Assembly (NCBI GenBank): GCA_964538615.1
Contig: CAZIGK010000001.1
Span: forward strand, 87,430 to 151,429
From: an uncultured Rickettsiales bacterium
GTDB lineage: Bacteria > Pseudomonadota > Alphaproteobacteria > Rickettsiales > RI-342
DNA length: 64,000 bases
Direction of reading: 5' to 3'
Position numbers and translations under genes: made by a program. Under the pieces are notes generated by a model. The model saw only the letters and a program-made list of their open reading frames with translations. It was not told the origin of the DNA and did not search any database. This document shows positions 1-9,365 of this stretch, in pieces (the first letter of the stretch is position 1; each line of letters starts with the position of its first letter).

Positions 1-87
1 TTTTCGACCAAGGCGGTCTCTCCCGTCTATACAATGGGTAGTCATAATTCGCAGAAACCTAGCAGACCATGGGCAGGAGTACAAGGG

Positions 88-200
88 TTTAGCGAGTAAA
101 ACGAGAGGCACGCAGTGCCGACGCGGAATGAGGCTAGTAAGCCGAATGGAGCCAAAGGAAAGTTTCTCGTGGATGCCTGCCTACGCAGGCATGACGAGGA
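88..200. repeat. 113-bp direct repeat, copy 1 of 2 (structured intergenic element)
   Basis: Hand alignment: 88-200 matches 248-360 at 110 of 113 positions, offset exactly 160 bp. Contains hairpins GGCAC-gca-GTGCC (107-119) and ATGCCTGC-ctac-GCAGGCAT (173-192). Confidence 0.9.
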
Positions 201-247
201 GTATTGCCAACGCAGGGGACAAGAACGGCGGCAAGCAGGCCGCCGCC

Positions 248-360
248 TTTAGCGAGTGAAACGAGAGGCACGTAGTGCCGACGCGGAATGAGGCTAGTAA
301 GCCGAATGGAGCCAAAGGAAAGTTTCTCGTGGATGCCTGCCTACGCAGGCATGACGGGGA
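248..360. repeat. 113-bp direct repeat, copy 2 of 2
   Basis: Same unit as 88-200. The three mismatches are at 258, 273 (in the loop of the first hairpin) and 357. Confidence 0.9.
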
Positions 361-464
361 TTGATGACCCATGCGAGAGACAAGACGTGAGGACAGGAGT
401 CCGAACCAGCCTTGAGCTGCCCTCATTTGCGAGACAGTAGTCGAGCAAGGAGGGAATAAAAAAA

Positions 465-478
465 CCGAATGGAGCCAA
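465..478. repeat. Isolated third copy of the 14-nt repeat core CCGAATGGAGCCAA
   Basis: The identical 14-mer occurs at 142-155 and 302-315 inside the two long repeats. Confidence 0.6.
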
Positions 479-489
479 GAAACAATAAT

Positions 490-3471
490 TTATACGCCAC
501 CCCATTCCTGTCGGCGGGAGAAGTATGCCCATTCGTCCGGCCCAAAGCGGCTGTTGCTTTGGGGGCTGGCAAGGTAGGGCATGGTAGCATCCAGATAAAG
601 CGTCAGTAGTTCGGTTAACCGTTGGTCTGCCTCGTGCAGCAGATGGGCACTGCGTTTGGGGCGGGAGGAATATTCATATTCTTCCTGCGCTGGGTAGGTA
701 TGGGTGGTCATGTCCTCCTGCCCGAAGTGCCAGAACTCTACCTGACAGGGTTGGCATGCGGGGAGTGAACTGCCATCTGGCATAGTGGCCTGCGCATAAT
801 GGCCTTCTGCGGCAATCAGAGCTTCCAGTGCCAATTGGGGTTTGCTCATGGAAAAAAGCTCGGTCGGTTTGGGGGGGGTGCCGGTTTTATAATCAATAAT
901 GGTCAGGCCAGTAGAGGTATATTCCAGCCGGTCAGCGCGGGCGGTCAGCGTAAAATGCCCTTGCCCCCATGGACGGGTGAGCTGGCCTTTTTGCTCCACG
1001 GCAAGATGCAGGAGATGTTTCTTGCGTCTTGCGTGTTCTGCTTCAAACTGTGGCCAGAGTTTTTGCAGGCGCGGCCACCAGAAACGTTGAACGGCAGGCA
1101 GGCTTTCCCAGTCCTGAAGCAGGCGGGTACCCTGACTGTTCAACCAGTTTGCACGCTCTTGCTCCGAGCGGATGTCTACCTGCTGTTGCGCATAGGCTTC
1201 GCACAGGTCATGCACCCAGGTACCGAAATCAGCGGCGGTTAGTTCATTGTCCCAGCCATCCAGCGTGTACAGCCTGAGCAAATGTTTGGCATAGAGGCGA
1301 TAGGGATCGGTTTGCCAGAGATCAATATCGGATACAGAGAGGCGATTGGGGCGATCGGTCAGAGCAGGTACGGGTGCGGGAGCCGGGCGGGAGACGGGTG
1401 CCAGCGCTGGGTGCAGCATGCGCCAGAGGTGACGGTAATGCGCTGTGGCATCCCCCTGATGGGCGGGGACATGCCCTTGCAGCAAACCGTGCAACCGTTG
1501 CCACCAGCGGGATGCAAGCTGAGGGGCGCCTTGTTGTTTACGAGCGCGGGTGAGAAAGACCTGCGGCGCTTGCAGGAAGCCGTAAATATCATGTGCGGAG
1601 AGGGCAATCTGGCGTTCCGGCATTGGCAACCCCACCTGCATACGCATGGCACGAGACAGCCATGGATCCGGTGTGGGGGTGGACGGCCAGACCCCTTCAT
1701 TGAAGCCGGCCAGCACCACCCGGTCAAAGGAGAGCATGCGAGCCTCCTGAGGGCTGAGCATATGCAAACGCGGATGCGTGGCAGAATGACGATAAAAACG
1801 TGCTTGTCCGATATGCGCCAACAGAATATCCCGCTGTTGGGCGAGTGTGAGGGGGGCGAGATGCTGGCAGGCAGCATCCCATGCTTCCAGCCATTGGCGA
1901 AACGCCTGTCCGGTTTCCCCTTGCAGGCGTTGCTGCCATAGCTCTGGCGGCAGATGGCATAGCTGCCGCATGGCTTCCAGCCAGTCATCGGCTTGCCAGC
2001 GGGTGGTGGCATGGTGACCCTGCACCGTGTGCCATGCCTGTTCCAGCACATCCAGCACCGGAAAAAGGGACTGCGCAACCTCCTCACCCGCCTCGGAAGC
2101 TCGTTTGCGTAGCTGGTGCAGACTTTGTGGACTGCGGGTTTTGCGCAAGGCGAGATCCAACTGTTCTATTGCCCATTGCCAGCGGCTTCCCCGGCCTTCA
2201 CTCAGGCGCAACCACGGGTGATGGAACAAATTCAGCCAGTCTATGGCCCGTTGCCGGGAATGTGTGAGCAGTTGCAGAAACGCTAACAGGAGTTGTACGG
2301 CATAGCTTTCCAACAGGCTATTGCCTCCACTGTCGGCGATATCCAGCTCCCAGTAACGCAATTGCCGACTGACGCGTGCCGCCAATGCCCGATCCGGCGT
2401 AATGAGGGCTACACTTGTGTCAGGCTGTGCCAGTGATTCCCGCAGGATGAGGGCAATGAGCGCGGATTCCTCCTGCTCGTCATCCGCTTCCAGCCAATGC
2501 AGGCGCGTGAGGGTATGCGACAGGGAAGACCAGTCTTCCGGGCTGAGTTGGCGCCAGTGCCGACCGGCATTGGCCGGAAGAAACATGGCGTGCAGCAGAC
2601 ACTCTCTGCCTTTTGGGATGGGCTGATACATCACTGGCCACGGCTGCAAGGCCGCAACGGGTTGGTGCAGTGTATCCAGCAGATGGCGCAGGCCGGTTTG
2701 GGGGTGGGTTCCGCCGACATCTGTCGTGAGGGCAGTAGTATCCGCATCGGGTAGAATGACCAGTCCCTGCGGCAGTTGCAGCACCTGCTGCATCAGGCGG
2801 CGGATGACCGGCTGGCTGCCTGTAGAACCCGCTAGAATAACCGGTGTGGAGGGGGGATGTTGCTGGCACTGCTCTATCCAGTACTGCCACTGTTGATTAC
2901 GCCATGCCACCGGTTCTATGTAGCCATGCTGTTGCAGCCATGCGGGCCATTGCTCGAAGAGGATGGAGAGTTCTCTGCGGCTGAGTTGCCAATGGCGGCT
3001 GGCGGTCATGTCATCTATTGAGTGCAGGGCATTGGGGGGGATTTCCTCCCGCTGCCATTCATCCAGTAAGGTAATGAGATGTTCTGCCCGTTGCAGGGCT
3101 TGTAGCAGAGGTAGATCCTCCCCTCGCTGCTGATGTAACTGGCGCATGACATGTGCCAGTGCATAGCGCCGTTGCAAGGGGGGAATGATGGTAGGAGTGG
3201 GGCTTGCCCTCTCTGGCTGGGCATGAGGGTGCCAGAACAGATCACGCGTGTCTGGTTCACCGAGTGTCAACAGGCGCGGCAGGGGCAATGCACGTCCAGA
3301 CGGAAGCTGATGCAGCCATGCCTGACGAAACGCTTGCTCTGCCCGGCGAGTGGGTAGGAATAGCTGGGTGCGCGCCACGACATCTGGCTGATCCCCCCAT
3401 TGGCGGATGATGCACGCCGCTATGCTGGCGAGCATGTTGTGTCCGGTAGAGAGGGTGAAAAGACCGCGCAT
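490..3471 (-). CDS. addB: Double-strand break repair protein AddB (alphaproteobacterial type)
   Basis: 993-aa ORF with the length and layout of alphaproteobacterial AddB. C-terminal PD-(D/E)XK-type nuclease segment (LTIIDYKTG ... ALEALI). ATG at 3471, 18 bp after the ugd stop. Confidence 0.85.
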   Translation of the reverse strand: MRGLFTLSTGHNMLASIAACIIRQWGDQPDVVARTQLFLPTRRAEQAFRQAWLHQLPSGRALPLPRLLTLGEPDTRDLFWHPHAQPERASPTPTIIPPLQRRYALAHVMRQLHQQRGEDLPLLQALQRAEHLITLLDEWQREEIPPNALHSIDDMTASRHWQLSRRELSILFEQWPAWLQQHGYIEPVAWRNQQWQYWIEQCQQHPPSTPVILAGSTGSQPVIRRLMQQVLQLPQGLVILPDADTTALTTDVGGTHPQTGLRHLLDTLHQPVAALQPWPVMYQPIPKGRECLLHAMFLPANAGRHWRQLSPEDWSSLSHTLTRLHWLEADDEQEESALIALILRESLAQPDTSVALITPDRALAARVSRQLRYWELDIADSGGNSLLESYAVQLLLAFLQLLTHSRQRAIDWLNLFHHPWLRLSEGRGSRWQWAIEQLDLALRKTRSPQSLHQLRKRASEAGEEVAQSLFPVLDVLEQAWHTVQGHHATTRWQADDWLEAMRQLCHLPPELWQQRLQGETGQAFRQWLEAWDAACQHLAPLTLAQQRDILLAHIGQARFYRHSATHPRLHMLSPQEARMLSFDRVVLAGFNEGVWPSTPTPDPWLSRAMRMQVGLPMPERQIALSAHDIYGFLQAPQVFLTRARKQQGAPQLASRWWQRLHGLLQGHVPAHQGDATAHYRHLWRMLHPALAPVSRPAPAPVPALTDRPNRLSVSDIDLWQTDPYRLYAKHLLRLYTLDGWDNELTAADFGTWVHDLCEAYAQQQVDIRSEQERANWLNSQGTRLLQDWESLPAVQRFWWPRLQKLWPQFEAEHARRKKHLLHLAVEQKGQLTRPWGQGHFTLTARADRLEYTSTGLTIIDYKTGTPPKPTELFSMSKPQLALEALIAAEGHYAQATMPDGSSLPACQPCQVEFWHFGQEDMTTHTYPAQEEYEYSSRPKRSAHLLHEADQRLTELLTLYLDATMPYLASPQSNSRFGPDEWAYFSRRQEWGGV

Positions 3472-3489
3472 GTTGTGAGATGAGGCCGA

Positions 3490-4821
3490 TTAAATACGCA
3501 CCCCTTCCGGCACAGGTTTACGCCCCACGGAGACATAGATAAAGCCAGCATCTTCGACCATCTCTGGACGATAGAGGTTGCGCATATCCAGCATGGCGGG
3601 GTGTTTCATCACCTGTTTCAGGCGATGCAGGTTTAGATGCGCGAACTCCTCCCATTCGGTGAGAACCAGCGCGACATCCGCTCCCGTGGCGGCATCATAG
3701 CTATTGTCACAATACTGCACCGCTTGTGGCAACATGGGTTTGGCGGCCTGCATGCCTTGCGGATCATAGGCTTTCACCGTGCAGCCTTCTTTGATAAGTT
3801 GTTCTATGACGACCAGACTGGCGCTTTCCCGCATATCGTCTGTATTGGCTTTGAAGGTAAGCCCCAGCACGGCGACCGTGCGGCCTTTCAGGTCAAACTC
3901 CAGCAGGCGGCGCAGGCGCTCTACCACCTGATATTTACGGGCGGCGTTACTGGCAATGACGGCGTCCGTGATACGGTCTCCCGCTCCGACATCCTGCGCC
4001 ATGGCCAGCAGAGCGCGGGTATCTTTCGGGAAGCAGGAACCACCAAAGCCGGGGCCGGGTTTCAGGAAGTCTCGCCCGATGCGGCGATCCTGTCCCATGG
4101 CGATGGCAATATCTTCCACATTGGCGCCGTATTTTTCCGCCAAATCGGCCATTTCATTGATAAAAGCAATTTTGGTCGCCAGAAACGCATTGGCGGCGTA
4201 TTTGGAGAGTTCTGAGCTGGCGGTATCTGTGTAGAGAATCGGAATGAGGCGTCGGGAGAGAGGCTCGTAGAGGCGTGCCATAATGCTGCGCGCTTCTTCC
4301 GTCTGGGTGCCGATGACCACCCGATCCGGGTTCATGAAATCCGCAATCGCAGAGCCTTCCCGCAGGAACTCCGGGTTGGAGGCAACGTAGAACTCTGTCT
4401 CGCCTGCGGTTTCCCGCACCCGGCGTTCCACCTCTGGCGTGGTACCAACCGGAACGGTGGATTTGGTGACGACAACCGTGCCTGCTGTGATATGCTGCCC
4501 GATTTCTGTAGCTGCGGCATAGACATAGCGCAAATCTGCCTGATGGCCATCCTCGTGGGTGGGGGTGCCGACCGCAATCATCACCACATCAGCCGTATGA
4601 ACGGCGGATGCAAGATCCGTCGTAAAATGCAGGCGTCCTGCATCGCGGTTACGTTGCACCAGTTTTTCCAGTCCCGGTTCATGAATGGGCATGATGCCTT
4701 GTTCTATGTGCTGGATTTTTTGGGTATCTTTATCCACACAGGTGACCTGAAAACCCCAGTCCGCAAAGCAGGTACCGGTGACCAGTCCTACATATCCGGT
4801 GCCGATCATGACCACATGCAT
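3490..4821 (-). CDS. ugd: UDP-glucose 6-dehydrogenase
   Basis: MHVVMIGTGYVGLV Rossmann N-terminus and GGSCFPKD catalytic Cys motif. Start trimmed to the ATG at 4821, preceded by AGGAGG. The track ORF's 43 extra codons have no support. Confidence 0.92.
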   Translation of the reverse strand: MHVVMIGTGYVGLVTGTCFADWGFQVTCVDKDTQKIQHIEQGIMPIHEPGLEKLVQRNRDAGRLHFTTDLASAVHTADVVMIAVGTPTHEDGHQADLRYVYAAATEIGQHITAGTVVVTKSTVPVGTTPEVERRVRETAGETEFYVASNPEFLREGSAIADFMNPDRVVIGTQTEEARSIMARLYEPLSRRLIPILYTDTASSELSKYAANAFLATKIAFINEMADLAEKYGANVEDIAIAMGQDRRIGRDFLKPGPGFGGSCFPKDTRALLAMAQDVGAGDRITDAVIASNAARKYQVVERLRRLLEFDLKGRTVAVLGLTFKANTDDMRESASLVVIEQLIKEGCTVKAYDPQGMQAAKPMLPQAVQYCDNSYDAATGADVALVLTEWEEFAHLNLHRLKQVMKHPAMLDMRNLYRPEMVEDAGFIYVSVGRKPVPEGVRI

Positions 4822-4983
4822 GGCAATTCCCTCCTTGTATCGTGCGCTTGCATGCGTCATACATAACCACATATTGACGCTTAAGCAATGCAGGATACGG
4901 TATGTACGTAACAACAGGCCGTATGCGTTGGATGCAGCGAGTGCCCTCACAGACTATCCACCCGTTAGATAAGGCAGACTGTT

Positions 4984-5769
4984 ATGACACCGGATGTTTT
5001 TCGTAATGCTGTACCCCCTCTGATGGAAGCCTGCGGAAAGGTGATACAGCAATATTATCGGCAAGGGGTGACAACCGAGATAAAAGGCGATGCCAGCCCG
5101 GTGACGCGTGCGGACAAGGAAGCGGAACTGGCCATACGCGCCTGGATACAGGAGCATTACCCGCAGCATGGCATTATGGGTGAAGAATATGAAGGCCGTA
5201 ACCCGCACGCTGACTGGCAATGGGTGATAGACCCTATTGACGGCACCCGTAATTTTGTCTGTGGCACCCCTTTATTTACCACGCTGGTTGGGCTGTGCTA
5301 TCAGGGCCAGCCGATGTGGGGAATGATTTATCAACCAATCTTGCAGGAATGCTGGGTGGGAGGACGGGAGTTGCCTGCTACATTCAATGGCAGGCAAGTG
5401 CAACCACGTGACTGCAAAAGCCTGTCGCAGGCAGTGATTAGCACAACCGCACCGGAATGTTTAAGCGAACATGGCTGGCAGGTGTTTCAGCGGCTTAGCA
5501 AAGCATGTGCCGTCACCAGTTATGGCAAAGATGCCTACGGCTATGCCTTGCTTGCCAGCGGCTATGTGGATATTGTGCTGGAAGATGGCCTGAAACCGCA
5601 TGATTTTGCCGCCGTGCTGGCTGTATTGCAAGCCTCAGGTGCACATGTGACCGACTGGCAGGGACGAGAGATTACCTTGCAGAGTGACGGTTCTATATTG
5701 GCTGCTGCCAATCAGACATTGCATGCACAGGCGTTGGAATATTTGTCCGGGGGAGCAACCATTGCGTAG
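4984..5769 (+). CDS. Inositol monophosphatase family protein (possibly histidinol-phosphatase HisN type)
   Basis: IMPase motifs EE...WVIDPIDGTRNF and a C-terminal W.D..G motif; 261 aa. Confidence 0.85.
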   Translation: MTPDVFRNAVPPLMEACGKVIQQYYRQGVTTEIKGDASPVTRADKEAELAIRAWIQEHYPQHGIMGEEYEGRNPHADWQWVIDPIDGTRNFVCGTPLFTTLVGLCYQGQPMWGMIYQPILQECWVGGRELPATFNGRQVQPRDCKSLSQAVISTTAPECLSEHGWQVFQRLSKACAVTSYGKDAYGYALLASGYVDIVLEDGLKPHDFAAVLAVLQASGAHVTDWQGREITLQSDGSILAAANQTLHAQALEYLSGGATIA

Positions 5770-6931
5770 TCTGCCGCGTTCTTTGTGGTTTATTTTGCTG
5801 GCCATGCCGACCACGGGTTTGGGCTCCAGCATTCATATTGCCTATGTCACCATGTTCATGGAAAGCCGAGGCTACAGTAACGGCTTTATTGGCTTGGGGC
5901 ATGCCTTGCACATTGGTTCCATTGGTCTGGTGGCACCCGTTTTGCCCTGGGTGATGCAGCATATACACCCCGGCAAACTATTGGCCTTGAGTGGAAGCAT
6001 ATTGCTTTTAACGCTGACAGCATTGGCCTTCTGGATGCCGATGATGCAGGGTAACAGTATGTTGTTTCTGGCGTTGCGGCTGGTATTTGGCATTGCGCTG
6101 GGTTGTACCTATGTGATTGGAGAAAGCTGGCTGAACAGCCTGTGCCCCGCTGAAAAACGCGGGAGGATAATGGGTATCTATGGGTCTTTGCTGGCCACCG
6201 CCTTTGCCAGCGGGCCGATGATTGTCTCTTTTTTGCCCGGTGGTGTTGCGCATTTATTCGCTTTTGGCCTGAGTGGGGCATGTTACATTTTCACCGCGAT
6301 GATGATTTTAAGCCAGTGGCCAACCGCCCCCAGCCCCACTCCCCTCCCCTGGCGGTATCTGTTGAAACACATGTTCCATTGGCCGAGTGTTTTGGTGTGT
6401 CTGCTAAGTTATGGGGCACTGGAAAGTTCTCTGGTATCCTTATTACCACTCTATTTGTTACAGCACGGTCACAGCAAGGCGGGTGCGCTGTGGTTGGTAT
6501 CCGTTGCTTGTGGAGGTGCTATCTGCATGCAGTGGATCATTGGCTGGCTGGCCGATAAATATCCGCACCGGCATTTGCTGGCCATTGCCTGTAGTTTAAG
6601 CGCCGTTGGCGCGTTGGGATTGTACCTGCTTAAACATGATTGGTGGTGGTTGCAGCCCGTGGTGTTTGTGTGGGGAGGGATATTCTCCGCGCTTTATACT
6701 GTGCCGTTTGTGATGCTATGCGAGCGCATGATTGGGATTAATATTGCCATTGCCGCAGCCTCCGCCCTGATGATGTATGGCGCGGGCAGTTTATTAGCGC
6801 CTGCACTGATAGGAAAAGTGATGGATGCCAGCCCGGAAATGGGTTTTCCCCTGATGATGGGCCTATGCAGCCTGCTGGCACTGGGGGTGGTGGTGATTCG
6901 GTTGCATATGGTGGACAGACGCTATAAATAG
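5762..6931 (+). CDS. MFS transporter
   Basis: Twelve-helix-type hydrophobic profile and an MFS loop motif (GESWLN...EKRGRIMG). Start uncertain: TTG at 5762 (overlaps the upstream stop) or ATG at 5804. The track start at 5684 lies inside the upstream gene. Confidence 0.8.
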   Translation: MRSLPRSLWFILLAMPTTGLGSSIHIAYVTMFMESRGYSNGFIGLGHALHIGSIGLVAPVLPWVMQHIHPGKLLALSGSILLLTLTALAFWMPMMQGNSMLFLALRLVFGIALGCTYVIGESWLNSLCPAEKRGRIMGIYGSLLATAFASGPMIVSFLPGGVAHLFAFGLSGACYIFTAMMILSQWPTAPSPTPLPWRYLLKHMFHWPSVLVCLLSYGALESSLVSLLPLYLLQHGHSKAGALWLVSVACGGAICMQWIIGWLADKYPHRHLLAIACSLSAVGALGLYLLKHDWWWLQPVVFVWGGIFSALYTVPFVMLCERMIGINIAIAAASALMMYGAGSLLAPALIGKVMDASPEMGFPLMMGLCSLLALGVVVIRLHMVDRRYK

Positions 6932-6963
6932 GCAAAGTTTAAAGATTGCAGGAAACGGTTAGC

Positions 6964-8295
6964 ATGACAAAAATAACCATCATTGGTGGTGGACTGGCTG
7001 GCAGCGAGGCTGCATGGCAGGCGGCGCAGGCAGGTGCAGAGGTTGTCTTGTATGAGATGCGTCCGCAACGCAGCACCGATGCGCATGTGACGGATCATCT
7101 GGCGGAGTTGGTATGCTCGAACTCGTTTCGATCCGATGACTGGGAGCATAATGCGGTAGGCTTATTGCATGAAGAAATGCGGCGGCTGGATTCCCTGATT
7201 ATGCACAGTGCTATGAAGCATCAGGTGCCGGCAGGCGGGGCGCTGGCCGTGGATCGGGAAGGGTTTGCCCGTGCCGTAGAGCAAGCGTTGGAACTCCATC
7301 CGCGCATTACTCTACAGCGGCAGGAAATGACAGAACTGCCTGTTGAAGGTCTCACGGTGGTCGCCAGTGGGCCTTTGACCTCCCCTGCTTTGACCGATGC
7401 CATATTGAAAGTGACCGGCGAGGAGCAACTGGCGTTTTTTGATGCGATTGCCCCGATTGTGCACACAGAGTCCATTGATTTCAGCAAGGCGTGGTATCAG
7501 TCCCGTTATGACAAGGTTGGCCCCGGCGGGACAGGCAAAGATTACATCAACTGCCCAATGACGGAAACCCAATACCATGCGTTTGTGGATGCTCTGCTGG
7601 CGGGGGAAAAGACCGATTTTAAAGAGTGGGAAAAGAACACCCCTTATTTTAATGGCTGCTTGCCGATTGAGGTTATGGCAGAGCGGGGGCGCATGACACT
7701 GGCCTTTGGTCCGATGAAGCCGGTAGGGTTGACCAACCCTCATTCGCCCGAAAAACCGTTTGCCGTGGTGCAATTGCGGCAGGATAACAGCTTGGGCACC
7801 TTGTATAATATGGTGGGTTTTCAGACCAAGCTACGCTATGGCGCACAGAGCGATATTTTTCGCATGATACCGGGGCTGGAACAGGCGGAATTTGCCCGGT
7901 TGGGTGGCTTGCACCGCAATACTTTCATTCAAAGCCCACGACTGCTGGATGCAGAGCTGCGTTTGAAGCGCCAGCCTAACCTGCGCTTTGCCGGGCAGAT
8001 TACCGGTGTGGAAGGCTACGTGGAAAGTGCGGCAATCGGGCTGATGGCCGGACGTTTTGCGGCAGCAGAGGCCAAAGGAACGTCAGTACCCCAACCGCCC
8101 GCTGATACAGCATTGGGCGCATTGCTGGCGCATATTACGGGCAATGCCCATGTGGAGAGTTTTCAGCCGATGAATGTGAACTTCGGGTTATTTCCACCGT
8201 TGGGTGTGCGCATGAAAGGGGGCAAACGGGAGCGCGGCGCGGCTTTCTGCACACGGGCACTGGCAAGCTTTACCGCATGGAGTCAGCGGTTGTAG
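6964..8295 (+). CDS. trmFO: Methylenetetrahydrofolate--tRNA-(uracil-5-)-methyltransferase TrmFO
   Basis: [22 protein letters not shown]-binding N-terminus and overall Gid/TrmFO-like sequence. ATG at 6964 is preceded by AGGAAA. Confidence 0.92.
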   Translation: MTKITIIGGGLAGSEAAWQAAQAGAEVVLYEMRPQRSTDAHVTDHLAELVCSNSFRSDDWEHNAVGLLHEEMRRLDSLIMHSAMKHQVPAGGALAVDREGFARAVEQALELHPRITLQRQEMTELPVEGLTVVASGPLTSPALTDAILKVTGEEQLAFFDAIAPIVHTESIDFSKAWYQSRYDKVGPGGTGKDYINCPMTETQYHAFVDALLAGEKTDFKEWEKNTPYFNGCLPIEVMAERGRMTLAFGPMKPVGLTNPHSPEKPFAVVQLRQDNSLGTLYNMVGFQTKLRYGAQSDIFRMIPGLEQAEFARLGGLHRNTFIQSPRLLDAELRLKRQPNLRFAGQITGVEGYVESAAIGLMAGRFAAAEAKGTSVPQPPADTALGALLAHITGNAHVESFQPMNVNFGLFPPLGVRMKGGKRERGAAFCTRALASFTAWSQRL

Positions 8296-8351
8296 ATACA
8301 GGCAGACGACAAAAGTCTATGTAGAGCCGTTGTAGAGGTTGGCCTGATGGA

Positions 8352-8468
8352 TTACAGCGCCAGAATTGCCAGTAGCAACAGACTGGACATTGCCAGAGTC
8401 GCATGTGCTGTATAGGTGATAAACTGCGTGGATGGACGTGCGTATAATGCATGGGTGAGAGCAGTCAT
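8352..8468 (-). CDS. Candidate 38-aa small protein with a C-terminal hydrophobic helix
   Basis: Not in the 60-aa ORF track. GGGAGG, then 7 nt, then ATG. Translation: MTALTHALYARPSTQFITYTAHATLAMSSLLLLAILAL, then stop. Lies in an otherwise empty 438-bp gap. Confidence 0.3.
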   Translation of the reverse strand: MTALTHALYARPSTQFITYTAHATLAMSSLLLLAILAL

Positions 8469-8733
8469 GGTGGTTCCTCCCAAATGATATGGCCTTCATT
8501 GCTTTATGACGTTTTTATGTCATTTGGTTTAATTTTAGGTAAATGCCTGCCAATATCTGCGTCTAACCGACGCGAACGGTGATGTATGGGTGGATACGGT
8601 AGTTGGGACATGGTTATTCCACAAGGTATGCGGCACACCAGTCTTTGATAAACCTGTCATGGTTTTCACTTTTCAATCAGAAGCATTTATGCATGATAAA
8701 AGACTAATGAGTATGACATAGCGAGTAATTGAG

Positions 8734-9336
8734 ATGCGGCGTATTTGTAGTTTTTTGGGGTCATTATTCAGCGGTATCTGTATGCTGTGCCAACCTGCCA
8801 GTGCGACTTCCCTTGCGGAAAATGCCTATGGTTTTTCTTTTCCGGCATTGGATGGCAGAACGATTGCGCTGGAAGACTATCGCGGTAAGCCGATATTAAT
8901 CGTCAATACAGCATCTCAATGTGGATTTACCCCGCAATACAAGCAGTTGCAGGAGCTATACAGCCGGTATAAGCATCAGGGACTGGTGGTTATTGCTGTG
9001 CCGTCAAACGATTTTGGCTTGCAAGAACCAGGAAGCGTGGAAGATATAACCCACCTGACGCAGGATACCTATGCGGTGAAGTTTCCCGTTACGGGTAAGC
9101 AGGTGGTGAACGGCAAGAATGCCCACCCTTTTTATCGCTGGGCGGCGGATAAAGTGGGGATTTTCGGCACCCCGAAATGGAACTTCCACAAATATTTATT
9201 AGACCGGAACGGGCATTTGGTGGACTGGTTTTCCAGCACGACCAAGCCGTTGGATACGCAGTTGGTGGAAGCGATTGAGCAGGAACTACGGCTATCGACC
9301 GCTTCGGAAGAGCATATGCCGATAGGTCAGCCTTGA
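8734..9336 (+). CDS. Glutathione peroxidase (exported, BtuE/Gpx family)
   Basis: NTASQCGFTPQY active-site motif and WNF.KYL motif. N-terminal signal peptide ending ASA-TS. Confidence 0.9.
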   Translation: MRRICSFLGSLFSGICMLCQPASATSLAENAYGFSFPALDGRTIALEDYRGKPILIVNTASQCGFTPQYKQLQELYSRYKHQGLVVIAVPSNDFGLQEPGSVEDITHLTQDTYAVKFPVTGKQVVNGKNAHPFYRWAADKVGIFGTPKWNFHKYLLDRNGHLVDWFSSTTKPLDTQLVEAIEQELRLSTASEEHMPIGQP

Positions 9337-9365
9337 GGCTGAGCGTGTCATCAGGGGATGAAAGC

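Noticed and set aside
1-75. A possible start of addA at the left edge on the minus strand (GGGAGAG-6 nt-TTG at about 15-33, or ATG at about 43-45).
   Set aside because: Too little sequence remains in the window to recognise AddA motifs, so I did not report it as a feature.
88-360. Whether the 160-bp-period repeats are a CRISPR array.
   Set aside because: There are only two full copies, the units are 113 bp (far longer than CRISPR repeats), and no cas genes are present.
799-3410. Many 60-240-aa ORFs on both strands inside the addB region (e.g. 799-1242, 1282-1941, 1359-2087, 2480-2890).
   Set aside because: They are embedded in, or antisense to, a 993-aa ORF with recognisable AddB features. 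Their sequences are Arg/Cys/Pro-skewed and look like shadow frames.
4822-4950. A 43-codon N-terminal extension of the ugd ORF in the track.
   Set aside because: The Rossmann motif begins right after the ATG at 4821, which has an AGGAGG SD. The extension has no SD and would be atypical for the family.
8506-8523. ATGAC-N8-GTCAT here and CATGAC-N7-GTCATG at 30308-30326 as a shared regulator motif.
   Set aside because: The arms are only 5-6 bp with different spacers, so chance occurrence in 64 kb is plausible. I kept them as side notes within other findings only.
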